64,000 nucleotides of DNA from a virus (Duplodnaviria > Caudoviricetes), in IMG/VR virus record IMGVR_UViG_3300033066_000364, positions 7,975-71,974 of that record, one strand, 5' to 3'. The translations under genes and the position numbers were made by a program. Below the pieces are notes generated by a model, which had not been told where the DNA came from, did not search any database, and was given only the letters and a program-made list of their open reading frames with translations. Shown piece by piece: positions 19,378-27,769 of the stretch (positions are counted from its first letter, which is position 1; each line of letters begins with the position of its first letter).

Positions 19378-20059
19378 ACAGGCATTGTTCGACAGTGTAT
19401 TTGCCAGATTTGAACCGCCTCGAAATGCGATGCCGAGGAATATTTAGCTTCTCCGCCCATTCGCTTATGCACAGAGAGACGCCGTTGTGAGTGATGTATA
19501 TATTACTTCGTCTGTTCCTGCCTTGTTCTTTCATGCCAGCCCATCGGCAATTGAGGGGCCATCCTTTTTTGACGCATTCTTTGCATTTTCCGCAAGAGTA
19601 ATGGCCATTGTTGTTTATTCTGTCTATGGATTTGTCTGTTCTTGGACCCATGTCGTCAAAGAATTGCTGAAAAGAACTCCATCCTTCGCAAACCTTTATG
19701 CCTCTACCGCCATAGTCGCTGTAAGCGTGATGGGTTTGGGTGTAGCAACGCGAACGCATTTCATTCCATGTAAAATATTCTTTTTCATGGGATTTTCCGT
19801 GTTTCTTTCTGCATTGGGCAGAGCAGAACACTTGCGAGTTCCATCGTTTTGTGTCTCGTTTGTGAAAGCGAAAGAACTCTTTGCCGCATTTTTGGCATAT
19901 CTTGGATCGGCTTGTCCCGTCCCTAAGATGTATGCCTACGCATTGGGGAGAGCAGAATTTGGCAGTAGACCATTTCTTTCGACCTCTACCGTAAGGCATA
20001 AAAAATTCTTTTTTGCATACTTCGCAAATCTTGGATTTGATAAGATACGGGTCAGACAT
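19364..20059 (-). CDS. HNH-type homing endonuclease with two N-terminal Cys repeats
   Basis: C..C.KEF...FCS..C twice; TWNEMRSRC...YGGRGIKVC...SIDRINNNGHY...NCRWA. Confidence 0.85.
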   Translation of the reverse strand: MSDPYLIKSKICEVCKKEFFMPYGRGRKKWSTAKFCSPQCVGIHLRDGTSRSKICQKCGKEFFRFHKRDTKRWNSQVFCSAQCRKKHGKSHEKEYFTWNEMRSRCYTQTHHAYSDYGGRGIKVCEGWSSFQQFFDDMGPRTDKSIDRINNNGHYSCGKCKECVKKGWPLNCRWAGMKEQGRNRRSNIYITHNGVSLCISEWAEKLNIPRHRISRRFKSGKYTVEQCLFMEQ

Positions 20060-20151
20060 GATCGTTCCTCCGATAAGGACGGTTTTGTTAAGGGCCGAAT
20101 CAGCGCACCAACGCTGTCTCGGCTCGCTTATTATACGGAAAGGCAAAAGCA

Positions 20152-20508
20152 ATGCCTAGCTTGATCTACATACAATCAGTGAACTGGCGTACAGTGCAAG
20201 TGCAATTCTTGGATGAGAATGGTGATCCAATTGACTTGACCGGCGCAACTGGCGTGTTAGTGTATTCTGACTCGGAGAATCCGCCGAATTCCTACGAGAC
20301 GGAAGCGATATTGGGGCGGTGGGATGCGCCATCGGATCAAGCGGCTGATGCGATTCTTGGTTATGTATACGGGATTGAAGCCGAGATTAGCGCCTCTGGT
20401 GCTTTTTCCGAGCAATTCCAATTGGTTCTGCCAAGTAATTCCGAGCCACTGTATGGTGGCGTGGTGACGTTCAGTGTGAATGAAAACCTTGATCCGCCAA
20501 CGCCGTGA
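20152..20508 (+). CDS. small Ig-like/BppU-N-like structural protein
   Basis: VQFLDENGDPIDLTGAT motif. Confidence 0.5.
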   Translation: MPSLIYIQSVNWRTVQVQFLDENGDPIDLTGATGVLVYSDSENPPNSYETEAILGRWDAPSDQAADAILGYVYGIEAEISASGAFSEQFQLVLPSNSEPLYGGVVTFSVNENLDPPTP

Positions 20509-20542
20509 GTTTGTGCAATATTGCACTCAAAGGAGAATGTAG

Positions 20543-20707
20543 ATGAAGTGTGAGAAGTGTGGGGAACGGATACCCAAGGGAAGGCTAGATGTGTTGCCGG
20601 ACACGAAGGTATGCGTGAGGTGTTCGGGTGGGAAGCGTCGGACGATAGATGACGTGGAGATAGACGTTCCGGATCGGGAAGAAATGGCTCGATGCGTACA
20701 GGGGTAA
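20543..20707 (+). CDS. TraR/DksA C4 zinc-finger protein (54 aa); not in ORF track
   Basis: MKCEKCGERIPKGRLDVLPDTKVCVRC matches the DksA/TraR CxxCGxxIPxxRLxxxPxxxxCxxC motif; AAGGAG RBS. Confidence 0.8.
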   Translation: MKCEKCGERIPKGRLDVLPDTKVCVRCSGGKRRTIDDVEIDVPDREEMARCVQG

Positions 20708-20710
20708 TCG

Positions 20711-23215
20711 ATGAAGACTTTGCTCGACATAATGCGTAAAGGCCGGATGAAGCGAGAGTCATTGAAGTACGATAGCAAATACGTCCCTGGCGACGACGCT
20801 ATGTGGCGTATGAAGGATGGCTCCAACGTCGGCGAGAAGAAGAACAGAGGGATTGTTGGCAATCCTGATGAGTTAGCCAAGAAAGTCCAGCACAAAGGTA
20901 AAGGCGATGTTTCGGCTGCGCGTAACAAGCCGAGCGAAGCAAAGGATAAGCCGAAAGAGGAATCAAAACTAGAGGCAAAGAAAGAGCCTAGTCAACCAAA
21001 AGAGGCTAAGAGTTCTCCTTCGGCAGATTTGGAAAAAGAAACGGCATCGAAAATAACAGAGGCAACACAAAAAGATGCTGTAGTTAGTGTTGCTGATTTG
21101 CGAGACTCTTTTCCGAAAGAGATGCAAGGGGAAGAGTTCGACAAGGCAATTATCAATCTTGCCGAGCAGGGAAAAATAATTGTTTACCAAGATGCTGATC
21201 CGTCGTCATTTTCGGACGAACATTTGAAGAAATTGGTGAAGGATGGGAACAATTATTTCACCACTATTTCTGCTGCTTCTGGCTCACAAAATGCACAAAC
21301 CGGAACTGCTGAGCCGAAAAAAGAAGCGACATCCAAGATGCCGTCGAATCCCGATGATGTGGCTAAGACGGTAGGAAAGCCCAAGGCATCGAGCATCATG
21401 GACAAGATGCGTAGCAAGCCCAAGGATGCCGCACCGAAAGAGCAGCCAAAGGAAGAACCGCGTCCAGAGGCGAAAGCCCAAGAAGCCCCTGCGGAGACAA
21501 AGAAACAGACCATTCCTCAGCAGCAAGCCAACGAGATTGTAACCGAGGCTTTGCAGAATGGCACGGCAAGTTCGTGGATACGCCATGCGATCAACTCTTC
21601 GGTTAGGGGTGGAAAAGGTGTCGATCCAGACGAGTTGGAATCCGACGCGAATCTCGCACTGATGGAAGTTGCATCGAGTCTTACGCCAGAGGAAGCGGCT
21701 GATCCGAGTATCTTTCGTCAGAAGGCGAAGGCGGCGATCACGAACGCGATCATTGATTCGTTCCGCAGAAAGAATACGGTCAAGGCTGGTGTCGGCAAGA
21801 AGAAGCAGATGGGTGAGGAGTTCGACGCTGCGGACAAAAAGACGGAGGCTCCAAACGCAGATAAAGTTGATGCGGAGAAGGTACGGGCATTCGTTCAATC
21901 GCTGGACAGCCCTGTATTGCAGCAGATTGCCGAAGGGAAGATGAACAAGGTTCCCATTCGCAAGATTGCCGAGGAGTTGGAAATTAGTCCTGGAACGGCG
22001 CAGCGATTGTGGGAAAAGATTGTTGAGAAGGCTGGTGGAAAAGAGGACAAGTTCTACAAGCAGAAGGAAGCGGAAGGGAAGGAACGTTATGGTCATCCAG
22101 TACGTGACGACGTTTGGGAAGAAATACTCAAACAGTCGAAACAGTATCCGTTTCCAGGTGAGTTCGTGCGTTGCGTTATGGCGGCAATGGAAAAGAGCCA
22201 AGGCCAGTGGGACGCTATCAACGCTGGTCGTAAAGCGTACATGAGCGGTAATCGGGAACGGTATGAGAGTAAATATGTCTCTGGCGACGACGCGAAATGG
22301 AAGATGAAAGACGGCAGTAACGTTGGAGACAAGAAGAATCAGGGCATCGTTGGAAGTCCTGATGACATGGCTTCGTCGGTGGGAAAGGGCGGGGGAAGCA
22401 ATGAACCTGCGAGCGACGACGATAATTATGCGGGGTTTGACGAGTTGTTCGCAAACATGACTGATCCTGAATCTTCAAATAGCACGGACGAGGCGAATGA
22501 TGACCTTGATGCTATGTCCGACGAAGAAATGGAAGCCGCCATGAGTGGCGAAAACAACGAAAATGAAACGGGCAAAAGTGATTACAAGTCAAAAAGCAAA
22601 GCGAAATTAAACTTTTACGGAAAAAGCGACATAGAAAAAGGCGTTCGCGAATCTGCCAATGCCCTTGGCGTTTCTACGGAGGCTTTCCCTGATCTGGTTG
22701 GCGCACCAGATGACGCGATTCTCGATGCCGCATCTATGTCCCCTGGCAATGTCAGGGTCAATGGCAAAGGCGATGGCTACGATTTCACCAGATACTTCAA
22801 GACTGACGAAAATGGGGACAAGTATATTCACAATGCTTCTTTTGAGGCAGAGAAAAAAGGACAAGGAGCCGAGATATTTTCAAATCAAGTTGAAAATGCG
22901 GTAGAGAACGGGTTTTCTTATATTAGGTGTCATGCGGCTGGCAATCAAGGAAGTGAATTTAACGGCTATTACACATGGCCTAGATATGGATACGACCAAG
23001 ATATTTCGGAGTTTGATGGTGCATTCCAGCAAAAGGTAAAATCCGCGTTCCCAGAAGCAAATAGCGTGCTAGATATTATGGAGACTAAAGAGGGAAGGGA
23101 TTGGTGGAAGGCTAATGGCAAGGACATGCGTAATGCCAAGTTTGACCTTAAACCTGGATCAAGATCGATGAATATCTTGAAATCATATATGGACGCAAAG
23201 AAGGGGGGTAAGTAA
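20711..23215 (+). CDS. multidomain head-cluster protein: duplicated leader, wHTH-like region, ECF-sigma-like domain (aa ~274-442), C-terminal GNAT-like domain
   Basis: Region-2-like DPDELESDANLALMEV...FRQKAKAAITNAIIDSFRRK; region-4-like LDSPVLQQIAEGKMNKVPIRKIAEELEISPGTAQRLWEKI; GNAT-like EKKGQGAEIF...GYYTWPRYGY. Confidence 0.75.
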   Translation: MKTLLDIMRKGRMKRESLKYDSKYVPGDDAMWRMKDGSNVGEKKNRGIVGNPDELAKKVQHKGKGDVSAARNKPSEAKDKPKEESKLEAKKEPSQPKEAKSSPSADLEKETASKITEATQKDAVVSVADLRDSFPKEMQGEEFDKAIINLAEQGKIIVYQDADPSSFSDEHLKKLVKDGNNYFTTISAASGSQNAQTGTAEPKKEATSKMPSNPDDVAKTVGKPKASSIMDKMRSKPKDAAPKEQPKEEPRPEAKAQEAPAETKKQTIPQQQANEIVTEALQNGTASSWIRHAINSSVRGGKGVDPDELESDANLALMEVASSLTPEEAADPSIFRQKAKAAITNAIIDSFRRKNTVKAGVGKKKQMGEEFDAADKKTEAPNADKVDAEKVRAFVQSLDSPVLQQIAEGKMNKVPIRKIAEELEISPGTAQRLWEKIVEKAGGKEDKFYKQKEAEGKERYGHPVRDDVWEEILKQSKQYPFPGEFVRCVMAAMEKSQGQWDAINAGRKAYMSGNRERYESKYVSGDDAKWKMKDGSNVGDKKNQGIVGSPDDMASSVGKGGGSNEPASDDDNYAGFDELFANMTDPESSNSTDEANDDLDAMSDEEMEAAMSGENNENETGKSDYKSKSKAKLNFYGKSDIEKGVRESANALGVSTEAFPDLVGAPDDAILDAASMSPGNVRVNGKGDGYDFTRYFKTDENGDKYIHNASFEAEKKGQGAEIFSNQVENAVENGFSYIRCHAAGNQGSEFNGYYTWPRYGYDQDISEFDGAFQQKVKSAFPEANSVLDIMETKEGRDWWKANGKDMRNAKFDLKPGSRSMNILKSYMDAKKGGK

Positions 23216-23604
23216 TGGTTAAGTCAGAAGAAATCCAATTGAGCGAAGACGACGAAAAGTGGCTGGAAGAAGCGGAATCCGCAAGAGAGCGAGCAGCAGC
23301 GGAGAAGAAGCGCACTCAAGCGACTGGTTACGCCAATCGGTACGAGAAAGAGGAAGAGCCAAAGCACGCTCCACGGCATCAGGCTCCCAAGCGTCTAGAC
23401 GGTGCTGTAGCGAGGCTAGAAGCACTGCTTGAGTACCGTGACGAAATCGACGAAGAAGCCCTAGAAAGCGAAGTGAGGGGCATTGCAAGCGAGTTTGACG
23501 CGAAAGAACTAAAAGAGATTGCTCGCAAGTTCGGCGTTAAGCGTGGGCTGGCGACGAAACTAGCGGCACTGGAAAAGATACTGGCCAAAGTGTGTGGAGA
23601 CTGA
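23215..23604 (+). CDS. charged hypothetical head-region protein
   Basis: Start overlaps the upstream stop (TAATG). Confidence 0.65.
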   Translation: MVKSEEIQLSEDDEKWLEEAESARERAAAEKKRTQATGYANRYEKEEEPKHAPRHQAPKRLDGAVARLEALLEYRDEIDEEALESEVRGIASEFDAKELKEIARKFGVKRGLATKLAALEKILAKVCGD

Positions 23605-24200
23605 CCGTGACCCTATTTGGCAAGTTCAAATCGGTGGTTGGCAAAATCTTCGGCAAGGCAACTACGAAGACGATCAAGCCATTGAACGGCAGACGTTCTG
23701 AGCAAGACGCCGCAACACACGCCCAAGGTCAAGCCGGAAGACGCCGCAAGTTCCTAGAGAAGCGAGTAGAGAGCGGCGAATCCGAAAAGGTATATCGGAA
23801 CCGCAAACCAATCGATGTCCTGTCCACAGGGATAGGGCCAAACCTCGAATCGGTAACAAGGGAAGCGTTTCTGGAAGGGCATCTGTTCAGTCGGTTCGCG
23901 TCGAGCAACGTGTGGGCGTTGGCGTATGACCGTATAAGTAAAATTCTGTATATTCAATACATGCACGGAAGTGGCAAAAAGAAGTCTGGCCCTGGCCGAT
24001 GGTATTCTTACAATTCGGTCACAAACCAAGAAGCACGAACGATTTACGACAGTGCCTCGAAAGGCGTTTGGATTTGGACGAATCTAATTGGCCGAGGTCA
24101 GAGGTCGTCAGGTCGTAAGCCTTTTGCCAAAGATGTTGCGCCGCCGAAGCATCTTCCATACGATCAGAAAAAGAAATCAAACATCCTTCAAATGCCATGA
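23592..24200 (+). CDS. KTSC-like domain protein
   Basis: SSNVWALAYDRISKILYIQY...RWYSYNSVT...SKGVWIW resembles KTSC. Confidence 0.65.
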   Translation: MWRLTVTLFGKFKSVVGKIFGKATTKTIKPLNGRRSEQDAATHAQGQAGRRRKFLEKRVESGESEKVYRNRKPIDVLSTGIGPNLESVTREAFLEGHLFSRFASSNVWALAYDRISKILYIQYMHGSGKKKSGPGRWYSYNSVTNQEARTIYDSASKGVWIWTNLIGRGQRSSGRKPFAKDVAPPKHLPYDQKKKSNILQMP

Positions 24201-24213
24201 TTGGAGTTACTGA

Positions 24214-24444
24214 ATGTCAGGTCACACAGTCTTTATTCCCGAAGCAGACGGAAGATTCCGCAAAGAGTTCCATCCAATCAATCAGTCTGGCGATCCGACG
24301 CACGCGGATATACGCGAGGTGGAAAAGATGTCAGAGATGATCGTGAAACAACAGTTGAAAATGCGTGGTATCGAGAGGTATTACATGCTCTTTGAGACGG
24401 ACAATTGCTACTACACTCTGCCAAGGAAATCGACTTGTGGGTGA
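24214..24444 (+). CDS. hypothetical protein
   Basis: ORF track; GGAG RBS. Confidence 0.5.
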   Translation: MSGHTVFIPEADGRFRKEFHPINQSGDPTHADIREVEKMSEMIVKQQLKMRGIERYYMLFETDNCYYTLPRKSTCG

Positions 24445-24481
24445 CAAGAGGAATGTTTTTGTGTTATTTTAAGATTTTTTC

Positions 24482-24510
24482 TTGACATAACTCCGTTCGT
24501 TCGTTAGGAA
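24482..24510 (+). promoter_or_regulatory. sigma70-type promoter of the capsid operon
   Basis: TTGACA-N17-TAGGAA. Confidence 0.55.
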
Positions 24511-24682
24511 TTAAGGTAACGAATACATGGGAGCCGTGGACTAGAATCTGCGGTTACTGTTTTGGGTCTTACGGGTGTCCGCCCGGACAGCGGATCGCTT
24601 GTGACCTAATAACGCATCGATCACGACTCAATTAGGGAGCCGTAGATTTTAATCTACGTCTCCCTTTTCTATTTGAGTCGAT

Positions 24683-26182
24683 ATGAGCCAAACACTCCAT
24701 CCTGCCGTTCAAGAACTTCTCTCGTCGGGCAAATACGCATGCCGCCCGCACGTAGAGATTTTCACCGAACACGAACTCACCTCGAAGACTGGCAAGAAGA
24801 AGCGAGTTGACAAGGTTGAACTGGAACGGATTGCCAAGAACAACAACAACAAAGCCAAGAACGGCTCCCTGACGTTGCTTGGCCCTGGCCACACATTTGA
24901 TGACCAATACGACGAAAAAGGCGTATTGATCCGCAAGGCTCCAGAGAGTGAGCAACCTAAGCCGATTGGTGCATACCTCAACTACCACGTCGAAAAGAAT
25001 CCTCATTCCGGCAAATACAGTCTCTACGCAGACGAGCATGTTGAAAAGACCATTACGGACGATAATGGAAAAGAAGTAGATGGCCTGAAATACACGGCTA
25101 CCTATCCTCGTCGTTCGGCGGAATATTACGCAAACGAAAGTTGGATTGATTGGGTTGCGATGATTCGTCGCGCTCCACGTCTTGACCTTGCAGTTCAGAT
25201 GTATGCCAAGGCTGACCCTGCCAAGGCGTACTACAGCCGCGAAGTTTTGACTGACAATGGTGATCCTGCTGGCGTCTACGAATTCGCCAAGGGCAAACTA
25301 CGATACAGTTTCGATACGGGAGAGGCTATGGAAGACGAGACTCCAGACGCTCCGGCTCCGATGGCTGATCCGACGATGCCTGCCGAGGCTGGCGATCCTG
25401 CTGGTGGTTCTGGCGGCATGGACGATATTGAAACTCCTTCCAATGATGGCCCTGGCAACGATGATGATGTGCCAGCGGAAGGCATGGAAGACGATATGGA
25501 CGATAACGGGTTGAATGGCATGCACCGTAATGCGGCGGAAGCGTATGCTCGCCACATGCACGGAATGCACCACAGCCAAGTCAAGCCGTTGATGGCTCAC
25601 ATGCACAAGATGTATGCTCGCGATTGTGGATTGCCGGAGGATATGCACGCAGAATACGCCATGCCTGGTGCTGGCGCAGTTTTACCACAGGCATCGGCTC
25701 CAAAGGGGCCGGAAAAACCGGAGATGAGTCGAATGCAAAAAGATCAATTTGCGATTGAGAAGCAACGCTACGAAAAGCGTATGGCTGATATGGAAGCCGA
25801 ACTTGCCGAGATTCGTCAAAAGGAACTCTACACGCACATGGAGCGGCAGTTGATGCAACTCGTGGCGGAAGAGTACCAGATTGACGCAGCGGAAGAACTC
25901 GACATTTGCCAGAAGCGGAAGTACAGCCGCCAGCAATTTGACGAGCGAATCGAAGACCTTCGCCGCGTTCTTTCCAAGAGCGGTGCGAAGTCTCCTGTTG
26001 GCACGTTTCCGCGATTGTCTCCAGACGCAAAGCCGATGTCTCGTGCGAATGACTCCATCGACGGCTCCGAGTTGAGTCCTGACGAGGCTCGCAAGGCACA
26101 GCGATACATGCTGGACGAACAGGCTCGTGGCAAGCAATGCAGTTGGGAAGACGCGAAACAACGTTACAACAAGACGGCGTAA
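24683..26182 (+). CDS. prohead protease/scaffold fusion (Mu gpI-like architecture)
   Basis: Globular N-terminal domain, acidic linker, C-terminal coiled coil; located before decoration and capsid genes. Confidence 0.7.
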   Translation: MSQTLHPAVQELLSSGKYACRPHVEIFTEHELTSKTGKKKRVDKVELERIAKNNNNKAKNGSLTLLGPGHTFDDQYDEKGVLIRKAPESEQPKPIGAYLNYHVEKNPHSGKYSLYADEHVEKTITDDNGKEVDGLKYTATYPRRSAEYYANESWIDWVAMIRRAPRLDLAVQMYAKADPAKAYYSREVLTDNGDPAGVYEFAKGKLRYSFDTGEAMEDETPDAPAPMADPTMPAEAGDPAGGSGGMDDIETPSNDGPGNDDDVPAEGMEDDMDDNGLNGMHRNAAEAYARHMHGMHHSQVKPLMAHMHKMYARDCGLPEDMHAEYAMPGAGAVLPQASAPKGPEKPEMSRMQKDQFAIEKQRYEKRMADMEAELAEIRQKELYTHMERQLMQLVAEEYQIDAAEELDICQKRKYSRQQFDERIEDLRRVLSKSGAKSPVGTFPRLSPDAKPMSRANDSIDGSELSPDEARKAQRYMLDEQARGKQCSWEDAKQRYNKTA

Positions 26183-26197
26183 TACGGGAGAATTTCG

Positions 26198-26557
26198 ATG
26201 CCTTTAGTTACTTCTGATTCCCAAAGTATTACTGCCCCAGGTGCGTTGGCTCTTGTTACGCAGTCTGCTGATGGGGCTTTGAATCCGAATCTGGCCGCTA
26301 CGTACAAGGTCACTAAGGCCGGTGTATGTGCGATGACTCTTGCTGCTCCTACTGCTGGCGTTGATGACGGCAAGGTGATTACGGTTGTTTCTGTTACGGC
26401 GAATGCTCACACGATTACGGCCACTGGTTTGTTTCAGTGTGGGACTGCTGCGACTGATCTTGCTACTTTCGCTGCCCAAGCAGGGGCCAGCGTAACGCTT
26501 ATGGCAAACAACGCCAAGTGGACTGTGTTGTCGAACAACGCAATTACCTTTAGCTAA
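26198..26557 (+). CDS. small Ala/Thr-rich virion protein
   Basis: Composition and position in the head operon. Confidence 0.6.
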   Translation: MPLVTSDSQSITAPGALALVTQSADGALNPNLAATYKVTKAGVCAMTLAAPTAGVDDGKVITVVSVTANAHTITATGLFQCGTAATDLATFAAQAGASVTLMANNAKWTVLSNNAITFS

Positions 26558-26576
26558 CAATTCAGGGGATTGATAC

Positions 26577-27278
26577 ATGAGCATCGTCGCAAGCGGAATT
26601 CGCACACTTGGCAAGAAGACGGCCTCTGCTGGTACAGCGTATACCGCCTTTGTTGAGCCAGTCAATATCTTCATGCCGTTTTTGAACTTTGCCCAATTCA
26701 CGGTCAGTTCAACGGCACACACGCTGACAATCATGCGTCCGCTTTCTTCGCAGCAAGTTAGTGGCCAAGCCAATCGTTGTTCGTGCTATCTGACGGCAGC
26801 GGCAGCGGCGAGCCAAGCGGTTATTGCGATCAACGAAAATCCAGGGACGTACACGAACTACTTCAACTCGACTCCGCGAACGGCCAACAACGGCATTGCG
26901 GCAAACGATTACGTGGCGTTCCAGTACCCAGATGGCTCTTGGGGCGTGGACACGGTTAGCAGCGTTTCCAGCCTGAACATTACGCTATCGAACAACCTTG
27001 GTACGGGTGGCTTGGCTGCTGGTGCTCCGGTGTGGTTCTTTGGTATCACGACGGACACGAACCCGTATGACGCACAGGCTCATCCGGCTTACACCCTGTT
27101 CGCGAACTCGGCTCCGTTGAACCTAGGTGCGACGGACGCTCCGATTGCATCGACGTTCCGAGTTGGTGAGCCGCTTCTGTTGTACGTGAACAATGCGACT
27201 GCTGCAAGCACGCTGGAACAATTGGTTGTTGAGTACGCGGCACTGAATGGCCCTTACGCTCAAACCGGCTCGGACTGA
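26577..27278 (+). CDS. virion structural protein
   Basis: A/T/N/S-rich beta-type sequence in the head operon. Confidence 0.6.
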   Translation: MSIVASGIRTLGKKTASAGTAYTAFVEPVNIFMPFLNFAQFTVSSTAHTLTIMRPLSSQQVSGQANRCSCYLTAAAAASQAVIAINENPGTYTNYFNSTPRTANNGIAANDYVAFQYPDGSWGVDTVSSVSSLNITLSNNLGTGGLAAGAPVWFFGITTDTNPYDAQAHPAYTLFANSAPLNLGATDAPIASTFRVGEPLLLYVNNATAASTLEQLVVEYAALNGPYAQTGSD

Positions 27279-27309
27279 CATTGATTCTGACACCTAAGAG
27301 GGTATTCAA

Positions 27310-27726
27310 ATGGCTCGTGGAAGCTTTGTGGCCGCAGGCAATATTTTGCCAAGCCGTTTTGTTCGTCTCGACACGACTTCTGGTGCAACTGGCAAGGTTG
27401 TACAAGCGGTTGCTGGAGAGAACGTCTATGGCGTTTCGCAGCAATGGACTCGCAATGTGCCGCTGACTGGTCTTGATGACACGTATGCGGCGATTGCTGG
27501 TGAAACCATTCGTGTATACACGGCTGGTGATCCAGAGGATGAACCTTACATCGAAGTCGATGCTGCCTATGTTCAGGGTCAGTTGTTGAAGCCGTCTACG
27601 AACGGTATTGCGACGGCAACGGTTACGAATCTCGACATCGTTGGTGCAATCCTGTTGGAGCAATCTACGGCAGCGGGCCAACTGGTCAAGTGCCGCGTCA
27701 TGGCTCCGTACAACCTGAGTACGTAA
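27310..27726 (+). CDS. capsid decoration/cement protein (DUF2190-like)
   Basis: AAGNILPSRFVRL...YAAIAGETIRVY...GQLLKPSTNGIA; directly before the capsid gene. Confidence 0.7.
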   Translation: MARGSFVAAGNILPSRFVRLDTTSGATGKVVQAVAGENVYGVSQQWTRNVPLTGLDDTYAAIAGETIRVYTAGDPEDEPYIEVDAAYVQGQLLKPSTNGIATATVTNLDIVGAILLEQSTAAGQLVKCRVMAPYNLST

Positions 27727-27769
27727 TTCTTCGGTTAAACAAAAACAATCAAGGTACGGAGGTCGTTAA

